Positions 19,780 to 28,410 are shown, counted from the stretch's first letter. The stretch is 64,000 bases of DNA from an uncultured Candidatus Peribacteria bacterium (GCA_964525485.1 CAZGHH010000001.1:12455-76454), one strand, 5' to 3'. The notes: a model not told the origin generated them from the sequence alone. Numbers and translations are program-made.

Positions 19780-20841
19780 TTATTTTGCAAGTCTATATCT
19801 TTTCCTGCCTATTCTTTCGAATTTTTCGCTATTTTTGAGTGCCAAGACAATGGTGATTTCTTTTACTTGCCTGTTTTTGAGAACATTTTTTATGATATCG
19901 TCTTGAGACATTTCTCCTTTTTCTTTTAATAGTTTTACAATTACATCAGCGACGGTTCCTTTCTCGTATCCCCATTCTTTTAAAGCGTAAATTCCTCTTC
20001 CGATTAAGACGAATTGTGGGTGTCTGATTAGTTCATTGTGGACAGCCTGAATATTGACTCTTTTATTATCAAAAGTTTTTGAAGAGATTTTTTCAGCAAT
20101 ATCGACGAAGTGCATTGGTGATTTTTCTGATCTTAAAATAAATAAAATTTTATCACGCAATGTTCTAGGATGAATGTGTCTCCATTCATAAAGTCCGATT
20201 TTATCATCGTCCACAACTTTCAATCTCTTATCTATTTCCATCAAGGCTTTAAATGATTTCCCATTCAAATTGAAATCCTTCAAGACCTTTTCAAAATCCC
20301 TTTCAATTCTTGATATAGGCTTTATATCACCATATTTTCTTAATTGGTTCACGACCTTGTGAGAAGTATTTCTCAAAGAATAATCAGACAAATTCTTAAC
20401 TTTTATATAAGGATGAAAATCAATCGTATTCCCGATGCATTCCAAATTATCATGTAAATGAAGAGCGAGCCTAATAGCATTTGAATCTACTTTAGTATTC
20501 GACTGAGGATTCATTACACTCATAATTCTGTTAACGAGAATGTCTTCTTTTACAAGCCCTCCATTCTCATTAATTAAAAGATCAGAAAATGAATGAATAT
20601 TGGTCAAGGCGGTATTAAAAACATTCCTTCGCATTTTTGCTAAGGCATTTTTCTCAATCTGTCTGATTCTTTCTCTTGTCACGGAAAATTCTTTCCCGAT
20701 TTCTTCGAGAGTGTGCTTTCTTGAACCATCTAAATTGAATCTCTTAACAATAACGACTTTTTCTTTATCGGAAAGAAGAAGCAGGAGATTCTGAACAATA
20801 GAATCGAGATCTGCCAATGTAGAAGACAAAGTTGTGTCCAT
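19780..20841 (-). CDS. Sigma-70 region-4-type HTH protein with C-terminal HARE-HTH-like domain (paralogue of 12877..13938)
   Basis: Also exactly 353 aa. TLEEIGKEFSVTRERIRQIEKNALAKMRR, and MHFVDIAEKI...VHNELIRHPQFVLIGRGIYALKEWGYEKGTVADVI. Colinear with the other copy. Confidence 0.6.
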   Translation of the reverse strand: MDTTLSSTLADLDSIVQNLLLLLSDKEKVVIVKRFNLDGSRKHTLEEIGKEFSVTRERIRQIEKNALAKMRRNVFNTALTNIHSFSDLLINENGGLVKEDILVNRIMSVMNPQSNTKVDSNAIRLALHLHDNLECIGNTIDFHPYIKVKNLSDYSLRNTSHKVVNQLRKYGDIKPISRIERDFEKVLKDFNLNGKSFKALMEIDKRLKVVDDDKIGLYEWRHIHPRTLRDKILFILRSEKSPMHFVDIAEKISSKTFDNKRVNIQAVHNELIRHPQFVLIGRGIYALKEWGYEKGTVADVIVKLLKEKGEMSQDDIIKNVLKNRQVKEITIVLALKNSEKFERIGRKRYRLAK

Positions 20842-20951
20842 AGGAAATAGGGTAAGGGTTTGTTTTTCTTTACGAACCGAATTATAAAAACACTTTGCCT
20901 ATTTGGCAAAAAAAATGTCTTGTTTGATTTTACAAAATAGTTTCTTGTTTC

Positions 20952-21623
20952 TTATTTCAGCATATAGCCAGCGCATGGAATTGTTTTTATAGGATTTTCA
21001 TTAACATGATCTTTAATTTTTTTACGTAGTTTGCTCATATGAGTATCGACAGTCGATATAGATCCTAAAAGACTTTTGCCCCAAACATATTCAAATAAAT
21101 CGAGTTTTGAGACAATTTTTTCTCTATGTGCAAAAAGAAATTTAAGTATAAAAAATTCTTTATTCTTGAGATCTATCCGGTCTTTTTCATTAATTATTAA
21201 AGTACGCGTCGAGGCATCCAATTCCATCACGTAATCATCTCCTTCATATTTCTGAGAAATATCAAGGAAAGGCCCTCTTTGAGATTCATAGAGAGTAATT
21301 ATGCGCCTGTAAGGGAAAGGTGCTAAAAAAATAGGGCAAGACAAAGCTTCTTTGAAAGAATTTAGGATTTGAAGGTCACAACCATCGATCATTATAAATA
21401 AAGGTTTTCCGGAAGCCAGCATGGATAAATGTAAACAAAAATTTAAATGCTGTTCTTTTGGATTTTGTAAAAGCACAAAAAAGCCATCGTGATACAAAAA
21501 ATCATAATGATCCGAGATATTAAAATCGGTCTTATAAACCAATGATTTGAAGTTGGAATAATCGAAAGATTTTTGAAGCCCCAAGCCTTGAAGGTAATCA
21601 GAAGATATAATTGCTGATAACAT
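20952..21623 (-). CDS. OmpR/PhoB-type winged-helix DNA-binding protein with degenerate receiver-like N-terminal domain
   Basis: 223 aa. The C-terminal approx. 95 aa fit the OmpR/PhoB effector domain (LKNKEFFILKFLFAHREKIVSKLDLFEYVWG...VDTHMSKLRKKI...IKTIPCAGYML). The N-terminal half is receiver-sized but lacks the acidic pocket and has FLAPF where KPF is expected. Confidence 0.6.
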   Translation of the reverse strand: MLSAIISSDYLQGLGLQKSFDYSNFKSLVYKTDFNISDHYDFLYHDGFFVLLQNPKEQHLNFCLHLSMLASGKPLFIMIDGCDLQILNSFKEALSCPIFLAPFPYRRIITLYESQRGPFLDISQKYEGDDYVMELDASTRTLIINEKDRIDLKNKEFFILKFLFAHREKIVSKLDLFEYVWGKSLLGSISTVDTHMSKLRKKIKDHVNENPIKTIPCAGYMLK

Positions 21624-21822
21624 ATAAATTTGGGATAAATTATGGAAATTAATATATTATCGGGTAAAATTAAAGTACATACACAGAAAACGGAAAATCA
21701 ATAAATGGCTTTAAATAAACGAAAAACGGACTAAAAAAGTGTTGTTGAAGTAAGTACAACAGTAGGTTAAACTCATATTCGATATCAAATAGTATATTAA
21801 AATAGCATATTAAAAATATCAT

Positions 21823-23208
21823 ATGGCAAATAAGGAATTAACATTAATGGAAAAAGTCGTAGCTCTTTGTAAACGACGCGGAATAATATTTCCAGGGTCG
21901 GAAATATATGGAGGGTTGGCTAACACGTGGGACTACGGCCCCTATGGAGTATTACTGAAAAATAATATTAAAGCTTCCTGGTGGAAAAATTTCGTGACGA
22001 GTAGGGAGGACATGGTCGGGCTGGATTCTGGTATTTTATTAAATCCCACAGTCTGGGAGGCGTCAGGACACTTAGGTTCGTTTACCGATCCGTTAATTGA
22101 CTGCAAGAAGTGCAAGGAAAGAATTCGCGGAGATAAATTAATAGAAGAAGCTATGGGAACAGAGACGGCGGTAGGTAAATCCTTGAAAGAAATAGGAGAA
22201 ATTATTAAAGAAAATAAATTAAAATGTCCAAAATGCGGAGCATGTGATTTTACTGAAGCCAGATCATTTAATTTAATGTTTAAGACACATCAAGGAGTCG
22301 TAGAAGAAGAATCTACTCCTGTTTATTTGCGTCCGGAAACAGCGCAGGGAATTTTTATTAATTTCAAAAATGTAGTTCAAACGTGTAGGAAACGCGTTCC
22401 ATTTGGAATAGGTCAAATAGGTAAGGCCTTCAGAAATGAAATTACTCCGGGAAATTTCACATATAGGACACGTGAATTCGAGCAAATGGAGATAGAATAT
22501 TTTATCAAGCCGAATGAACCGGAAGAAACAAAGAAAAAATTTCTACAATGGAAAGAAGATGCTGTTAATTGGATTACAAACGACTTGGGGATCAAAAAAG
22601 ACCATTTAAAATTTCGTGAACATGATAAAGAAGAGCTTTCTCACTATTCGAGTATGACAGTCGATATTGAATACAAATTCCCGTTTGGCTGGGGAGAGTT
22701 AATGGGAATTGCTGATCGGGGTCAATTCGACCTGACTCAACATGAAAACTTTTCAAAAGAAGATTTGAAATATCAAGATCCAATGACGAATGAAAAATAT
22801 TTGCCTGCTGTTATTGAACCATCTTTTGGAGTTGAAAGAATGATGTTGACGGTTCTTCTCGACGCTTACGATGAAGACGAAATAGGAGGAGAACAAAGAG
22901 TTGTAATGCGATTTTCTCCGAAAATAGCCCCGGTCCTTGTCGCAATTCTTCCATTAATGAAAAAAGAGGAACTAGCTGATCCCGCAAAAAAACTTTTCAA
23001 TGACCTTAAAGATAAATTCTCCGTAGAGTATGATGACGGAGGGGCCATTGGCAAACGCTACAGAAGGCAGGATGAGATAGGCACGCCTTATTGTGTCACG
23101 ATCGATTATCAGACCCTAGAAGATGGAACCGTTACACTCAGAGATCGCGACTCGAGCAAACAAGAGAGAATTAAACTTGATCAGATAGAAGAAAAGATCA
23201 CGCCTTAG
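21823..23208 (+). CDS. glyQS: Glycyl-tRNA synthetase (alpha2 dimeric type)
   Basis: 461 aa. Class II motifs (YLRPETAQGIF; FRNEITPGNFTYRTREFEQMEIEYF; GVERMM). C-terminal anticodon-binding domain. Confidence 0.93.
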   Translation: MANKELTLMEKVVALCKRRGIIFPGSEIYGGLANTWDYGPYGVLLKNNIKASWWKNFVTSREDMVGLDSGILLNPTVWEASGHLGSFTDPLIDCKKCKERIRGDKLIEEAMGTETAVGKSLKEIGEIIKENKLKCPKCGACDFTEARSFNLMFKTHQGVVEEESTPVYLRPETAQGIFINFKNVVQTCRKRVPFGIGQIGKAFRNEITPGNFTYRTREFEQMEIEYFIKPNEPEETKKKFLQWKEDAVNWITNDLGIKKDHLKFREHDKEELSHYSSMTVDIEYKFPFGWGELMGIADRGQFDLTQHENFSKEDLKYQDPMTNEKYLPAVIEPSFGVERMMLTVLLDAYDEDEIGGEQRVVMRFSPKIAPVLVAILPLMKKEELADPAKKLFNDLKDKFSVEYDDGGAIGKRYRRQDEIGTPYCVTIDYQTLEDGTVTLRDRDSSKQERIKLDQIEEKITP

Positions 23209-23211
23209 GTA

Positions 23212-23240
23212 TTGAATTTAAACCTGATTTCTGATATAAT
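23212..23240 (+). promoter_or_regulatory. Candidate sigma70-type promoter (TTGAAT-17 nt-TATAAT)
   Basis: -35 at 23212..23217, 17-nt spacer, consensus -10 TATAAT at 23235..23240, 28 nt before ATG 23269. Confidence 0.45.
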
Positions 23241-23268
23241 GATCAGATTTAAATCAATATAAAAACAA

Positions 23269-25956
23269 ATGGCGGAATTCCTAAATAAATTCGTAGATCT
23301 GTTGGTAGAAAAACCTCTATTTATCCCATTATTAATCATTGGGATATGGGTTTTGTGTCATTGGACTTTAAAAGCGGTCAGGAGATGGGTCGCGTATAAT
23401 TCCGATAAACACAGAATCTTTTTCAAGATCACAATGCCACGCGAAGACAGTCAGAAGGACAAGGAAAAAGCGGTCGAAAAAGACTTCAGAGAAAAAATAG
23501 CAATGATGGCGCAGTTCTACAGAGCGCTGGAAGAAACAAAAGAGATGAATATATGGAACTCAATAAGAACAAAATTTCTTAAAGACAATATTTTTACGTT
23601 TGAATTGGTGGCAGAGCATAAGGAGGTTAATTTTTATGTATCAACGCCAAAGTATTACGCAGGAATAGTAGAGAAACAGATAACTTCATTTTATAACGAC
23701 GCAGAAGTGTTGCCGGTTCCGGCGTATGATCACTGTCCGGAAGGAAATAAAGTAAAAGGAATGTATGCTTTTCAGCATAGTCCGTATTGGTACCCGACAA
23801 AAACATACAAAAAAATTGAAAACGATCCATTAAACGATCTTGCGAATATATTCTCAAACATGCACGAAAAAGAGACCGGAATATATCAAGTAGTAATCCG
23901 TCCAAGAAGAGACAAATGGAACAAAAAAGCTGAAAAACAAGGCTCGGCACTATTTCAAGGAAAAACAGGAGGGAAATTAGCAGATATCCCCGTTATTGGT
24001 AAAATTTACGCACTTTTAACAGGTATAGTTTTTGGTTATGAAAAATATAAACAAAACGCGCCATCTCAAGATTATTCTACCGGATATGTGAGAATGCTTC
24101 AGACAAAAGAAGAAATCGCAAAAGCGGTTGGAGAAAAATCACAACAGGCCGGTTTTGATGCGGTGATTAGATTATTAGCGACCGCGGAAACAGAAAACAG
24201 AGCCGAAGAAATTGCCAACAACATGATAGTTGGTCTAAACGTATTTAAAGATCCTTCGATGAATTATTATCAAACCAGGAGATTGTTTTTCATAGATAAA
24301 TGGAATGACGCGATAATGTTATGGAATTTCAAAAAAAGATATCTGGTAGACAGAGGATGGTTTGATTTTTTAGATGAGAAAACATCATTGTTAAGTGAGG
24401 AAGAATTGGCATCACTTTTTCATTTTCCGAACTCTCATTATAATAAAGTTCCTACGATTAGATGGTTGTCATACAAAGTTTTGCCTGCTCCTACAAATCT
24501 AAAGAATGAGGGAATATTACTTGGATTAAATCTTTACAGAGGTAAAGAAAATCCGGTGCATTTCCCGGACAAAGATAGAGCCCGTCATCATTATGTGATT
24601 GGACAGACCGGTACTGGTAAATCTAGTTTCTTGTCATATATGGTTCGCCAGGATATTCAAAACGGAAAAGGCGTCTGTTTAATTGATCCACATGGAGATT
24701 TGGTTGATGACGTAATAAATTTTATTCCAAAAGAAAGAGCAAAAGACGTGATTATCTTTGATCCTTCAGACACAGAGCGTCCTATGGGACTCAATATTCT
24801 GGAAGCGACAACACCTGCTGAAATGGATATGGCGTCCAGTCAAGCTACCGAAATATTTATAAAACTTTTCGGTGATGAGATATTCGGACCACGTATCCAG
24901 CACTATTTCAGAAATGCATGTTTGACTCTTATGGAAGATCTTGAAGAAGGCGCGACGTTGATAGACGTCCCGAGGATTTTCGTGGATGAAGAATTTATGA
25001 AATATAAAGTTAAAAAAGTCACCAATCCGATAGTTAAATCATTTTGGAAAAATGAATATGCGAACACGGGAGCACGCGAAAGAGAAGAGATGATACCTTA
25101 TTTCAGTGCGAAATTCGGACCATTTATTACAAACTCGATCATGCGTAATACGATTGGCCAGACGAAATCCGCTTTTAATTTCAGAAAAGTGATGGATGAG
25201 GGAAAGATTCTTCTTGTTAAACTTTCAAAAGGTAAAATCGGAGATTTAAACACTCAATTACTCGGACTTGTAATAGTGGCTAGAATACAAATGGCCGCAA
25301 TGAGTCGTGCTGATATGGAAGAAAAAAACAGAAAAGAATTCTACTTATATGTGGATGAGTTTCAAAACTTTGCTACGGATTCATTCTGTTCAATCCTTTC
25401 AGAGGCCAGAAAATACAAACTAGCTTTGATAATGGCTCATCAATACATCAATCAGTTGGTTACAACTAAATTTGGAAGTACATCAACCCAGATCAGAGAT
25501 GCAGTATTTGGTAACGTCGGAACGATTAGTGCATTCAAAGTTGGCGCTGAAGATGCTGAGTATTTGGCTAAAGAATTTGCACCAGCATTAACTGAACAAG
25601 ATCTAATCGGAATAGCTAACTACAAACAATATATTAAATTAAACATCAATAACACAGCTTCGAGACCGTTTTCTATGAATACTATATACAATCAAGATGG
25701 TGCGAATGAAAAAGTCGGAAGTATCGTAAAAGAGTATTCGAGAATGAAACACGGTCGTAAAAAAGAATTCGTCGATCAAGAAATAGCGGCGAGAATAGGA
25801 ATAGATTATAATGATGAGCCTGTCGATATATCAAAACTTCCAAGTATGCCGGATCAGGCAGGAGGTGGAAATCCAATGGCTAGTATTCTGGCTCAAGCAA
25901 AAGCGGAAGCAGTACAACCTACTCAGCCTACCACGCCTCCTGCGGGTCAAACATAA
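23269..25956 (+). CDS. Membrane-anchored TraD/VirD4-like (FtsK/HerA-superfamily) P-loop ATPase
   Basis: 895 aa. N-terminal TM helix, Walker A HHYVIGQTGTGKSSF, Walker B FYLYVDEFQNF, and a Pro/Thr/Gln-rich C-terminal tail. The layout resembles type IV secretion coupling-protein-like ATPases. Confidence 0.65.
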   Translation: MAEFLNKFVDLLVEKPLFIPLLIIGIWVLCHWTLKAVRRWVAYNSDKHRIFFKITMPREDSQKDKEKAVEKDFREKIAMMAQFYRALEETKEMNIWNSIRTKFLKDNIFTFELVAEHKEVNFYVSTPKYYAGIVEKQITSFYNDAEVLPVPAYDHCPEGNKVKGMYAFQHSPYWYPTKTYKKIENDPLNDLANIFSNMHEKETGIYQVVIRPRRDKWNKKAEKQGSALFQGKTGGKLADIPVIGKIYALLTGIVFGYEKYKQNAPSQDYSTGYVRMLQTKEEIAKAVGEKSQQAGFDAVIRLLATAETENRAEEIANNMIVGLNVFKDPSMNYYQTRRLFFIDKWNDAIMLWNFKKRYLVDRGWFDFLDEKTSLLSEEELASLFHFPNSHYNKVPTIRWLSYKVLPAPTNLKNEGILLGLNLYRGKENPVHFPDKDRARHHYVIGQTGTGKSSFLSYMVRQDIQNGKGVCLIDPHGDLVDDVINFIPKERAKDVIIFDPSDTERPMGLNILEATTPAEMDMASSQATEIFIKLFGDEIFGPRIQHYFRNACLTLMEDLEEGATLIDVPRIFVDEEFMKYKVKKVTNPIVKSFWKNEYANTGAREREEMIPYFSAKFGPFITNSIMRNTIGQTKSAFNFRKVMDEGKILLVKLSKGKIGDLNTQLLGLVIVARIQMAAMSRADMEEKNRKEFYLYVDEFQNFATDSFCSILSEARKYKLALIMAHQYINQLVTTKFGSTSTQIRDAVFGNVGTISAFKVGAEDAEYLAKEFAPALTEQDLIGIANYKQYIKLNINNTASRPFSMNTIYNQDGANEKVGSIVKEYSRMKHGRKKEFVDQEIAARIGIDYNDEPVDISKLPSMPDQAGGGNPMASILAQAKAEAVQPTQPTTPPAGQT

Positions 25957-26003
25957 ACCACGGCAAAATAGCAAAATTTACTATAGAATTTGGTGTAAAA
26001 CAT

Positions 26004-26555
26004 TTACCACCAGACTTTTTTCCATCCCAAATAATATGCTATCAAATTTGCTACGATAGGGAAGATAGGAGAGATTATTATGACTGCAAGCAAAACATCC
26101 AAAGGGAGAGCTATAGCTATCAAAACAAAGACCAAAGAACCAATCACATAATCAATTTGATCAAATATAGGAAAAGGTTTGCCTGGAGCTATGCCGACAC
26201 GTCTTTTGACAAAACTTTTTACCGAATCGCCAACCAAAGCCCCAAATCCAAGTAAAAATCCTATAACAAGAGATCCGACAAAAGTATAATTTACGACAGA
26301 AATTTGATGCAAATATCCATGAGCGTAAAACAAAAATTGAGCAAAACAAACAATAACTCCACCCAAAACTCCGACTAAATATCCTTTAACAGTTTTGTTG
26401 TCACCAAAAATTCTTACTCCTCGCCACTTGCGCCCCAGATCAATAGGTTTTTCAAAAAAATCACCAATATAAATATTAGTAAAAACGACCGGAAGAGAGT
26501 TCGCGATATACGCCGGTAGCATAAAATAAACTGCTTGAAGAATTGAGTCTAACAT
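26004..26555 (-). CDS. CarS/DUF46-family integral membrane protein (CDP-archaeol synthase-like cytidylyltransferase)
   Basis: 183 aa, about 5 TM segments. N-terminal MLPAYIANSLPV and the PIDLGRKWRGVRIFGDNKTVKG block match my recollection of the archaeal CarS family signature. Confidence 0.65.
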   Translation of the reverse strand: MLDSILQAVYFMLPAYIANSLPVVFTNIYIGDFFEKPIDLGRKWRGVRIFGDNKTVKGYLVGVLGGVIVCFAQFLFYAHGYLHQISVVNYTFVGSLVIGFLLGFGALVGDSVKSFVKRRVGIAPGKPFPIFDQIDYVIGSLVFVLIAIALPLDVLLAVIIISPIFPIVANLIAYYLGWKKVWW

Positions 26556-26570
26556 CTGTTAAAATTACAA

Positions 26571-26647
26571 TGGTAACAGGGGGCGGAATTGAACCGCCGA
26601 CCTCGGGCTTATGAGTCCCGCGCTCTAACCAACTGAGCTACCCTGTC
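26571..26647 (-). tRNA. tRNA with CAT anticodon (elongator Met or lysidine-type Ile2; not distinguishable here), CCA encoded
   Basis: Minus-strand read GACAGGGTAGCTCAGTTGGTTAGAGCGCGGGACTCATAAGCCCGAGGTCGGCGGTTCAATTCCGCCCCCTGTTACCA. Paired 1:72 (G:U), anticodon loop CTCATAA, elongator-type D-loop. Confidence 0.85.
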
Positions 26648-26743
26648 GAAGTGAGGAGCAAGAGAGAAAGCTTACTTTCTCTAATTGATCCGAATGAGCC
26701 AGGAATATCTATAGATACCCTGTCAGAATGCTACCCTGTCGAA
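26637..26743. repeat. Three direct copies of the tRNA 5'-end sequence (GC)TACCCTGTC(A)GAA, plus an 8-bp hairpin
   Basis: GCTACCCTGTCGAA at 26637..26650 (inside and at the edge of the tRNA), TACCCTGTCAGAA at 26716..26728, GCTACCCTGTCGAA at 26730..26743. Hairpin AGAGAAAG-CTTA-CTTTCTCT at 26663..26682. Confidence 0.6.
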
Positions 26744-26856
26744 TACACATCAAAACAGGACATTTTTATCAGGAAATACGGCAAAAAGCAAGGTTTTTCA
26801 GGTGAGACTTGACGTGTAGAGATGAAAGTGTTAAAATCCTACCTTTAATTTGTCAT

Positions 26857-27762
26857 ATGGAAGAAGGGATTACAGTAGAATATAATGCATTCGATTCCGT
26901 ATCGGATAGGTATTATTACCCGAGAGGCATCGAGTATGCCTATAAACAGCAAGAAGGGTACAGGCTACCGGTCAAAGTCATTCCATATGATGGGGTAAGA
27001 GATACTGTTTTAGGAGGCACGAACAGAGTTCCGTTCAAACAGCCACCAGATATGGAGACAGTGGAGACAGGTGTAATTAGAGCGAACGAATTGGGAATGA
27101 GTTTTAAAATTGCATTAAATGGAGGGCTACAAATACCCGGAAAAATAGATCTGATAAACGATACAAGATTCAAAAACGATCTAAGAGTTTTAGAGTTGCT
27201 AGCAGAGGAAGGAGCGCGACACGGAGTTGAAAATATAGTTACTATCTATAGAGATGAGGTTCTGGAAGTCGTGAGAGAATTATTTCCAAATCTTGCGACT
27301 TCAGCTTCAACTATCAGATACGCAGTGCCGAGAACAGGAGAGGAGCACGAAGCAAAATACAGACAGGATTTAAACGATTTTGACCAAGTAATTCCAATCC
27401 CTCAGCACACAACGGCAGAATTCTTGAGAAGATTTCAGAACGAAATAGGGAAAATAGTAATTTTCCCATTTTTGACATGCGGACAAGTGGATTTAGAAGC
27501 ATGCCAAGCACATTATACGGATTTATATTCTGGACTAGATAATAGATTCAGGCCAAATCCAAACAAAGATTGTCGCCAATGTAAAAACGGAGGTCTCTTC
27601 AAAGACGAAGAAGAATTCAAAGATGTAATAGGGTTGGGCGTATCGAGTTTTAAAGTTGCAAGAAGTGACGGTAGCAAAGGGCTTCCAAACAGTATTAAAC
27701 AAATAATAGCTGTATATTTAGCAGCAAAACGAAAAAAGGAGCGTACGGACAGAATAATTTAA
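26857..27762 (+). CDS. Hypothetical protein with a C-terminal four-Cys cluster, isolated between two tRNA genes
   Basis: 301 aa from ATG 26857 (the track ORF begins at TTG 26809). No family recognised with confidence. Cys pattern CGQVDLEAC...(23 aa)...CRQC. By eye it looks less AT-rich than its neighbours. Confidence 0.5.
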   Translation: MEEGITVEYNAFDSVSDRYYYPRGIEYAYKQQEGYRLPVKVIPYDGVRDTVLGGTNRVPFKQPPDMETVETGVIRANELGMSFKIALNGGLQIPGKIDLINDTRFKNDLRVLELLAEEGARHGVENIVTIYRDEVLEVVRELFPNLATSASTIRYAVPRTGEEHEAKYRQDLNDFDQVIPIPQHTTAEFLRRFQNEIGKIVIFPFLTCGQVDLEACQAHYTDLYSGLDNRFRPNPNKDCRQCKNGGLFKDEEEFKDVIGLGVSSFKVARSDGSKGLPNSIKQIIAVYLAAKRKKERTDRII

Positions 27763-27789
27763 GTCTAAAGATAGTTAAAAAAGCTTTCT

Positions 27790-27864
27790 TGGTTGCGGGG
27801 GGCGGATTCGAACCACCGACCTCAAGGTTATGAGCCTTGCGAGCTGCCTCTGCTCCACCCCGCG
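27790..27864 (-). tRNA. Initiator tRNA-fMet (CAT), CCA encoded
   Basis: Minus-strand read CGCGGGGTGGAGCAGAGGCAGCTCGCAAGGCTCATAACCTTGAGGTCGGTGGTTCGAATCCGCCCCCCGCAACCA. C1:A72 mismatch and the CGCGGGGTGGAGCAG start are typical of bacterial initiators. Confidence 0.88.
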
Positions 27865-27924
27865 TCGATAAAAACCTTACCGGAACGGTGAGAGATTAAT
27901 AGAAACTTGATACAAAGTCAAATT

Positions 27925-28350
27925 TCATTCAAAAAAGAAATCCCACCATTTTTGAGGATTACTGCGAGTTTCAATTTTTACGCTGTCTACAGTCTCAAAT
28001 TCTGATTTTTCCCCACTTAAAATTTCTTGGAAATTTCTTTCTGTATTTTTAGCTTCATAAGTAAGACTGTCTGGCGAAACAACGATAACTTCTTCACCAG
28101 GATTCACGAGCCCAAGATTTTGTTTTGCGATTTTATCGATATACTCCTCGGAAGTGAAATACAAATAGTCACTAGTCTTTTTTTGATTTTCGGCTTTAAT
28201 TAAAGCATTTTCCTTTTCATATTCAGCTATATACCTATCAACCAAGTAACTGTTGTATACATTTTTAGTCAAAGAATATATCAAATACGCCACGAGAAGA
28301 AACTCGATTATAAGTATCACTTTCGTGAGGCTTGAGGTATTTGAATCCAT
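27925..28350 (-). CDS. Septum formation initiator family protein (FtsB/DivIC-like)
   Basis: 141 aa. Single N-terminal TM helix, coiled coil, then the conserved YIDKIAKQNLGLVNPGEEVIVV-type block. Confidence 0.55.
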   Translation of the reverse strand: MDSNTSSLTKVILIIEFLLVAYLIYSLTKNVYNSYLVDRYIAEYEKENALIKAENQKKTSDYLYFTSEEYIDKIAKQNLGLVNPGEEVIVVSPDSLTYEAKNTERNFQEILSGEKSEFETVDSVKIETRSNPQKWWDFFFE

Positions 28351-28410
28351 GGCTAGATTTTTAGCATAAAAAGGTTAAAATTACCACAGTCAGAATATTA
28401 ATTTTTACAA

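Noticed and set aside
21624-21822. Possible T-box leader upstream of glyQS (also considered for valS, cysS and aspS)
   Set aside because: No T-box consensus (AANNNGGGTGGTACCGCG-like) or terminator/antiterminator pair is seen. Only a weak 6-bp hairpin, TGTTGT...ACAACA, is present.
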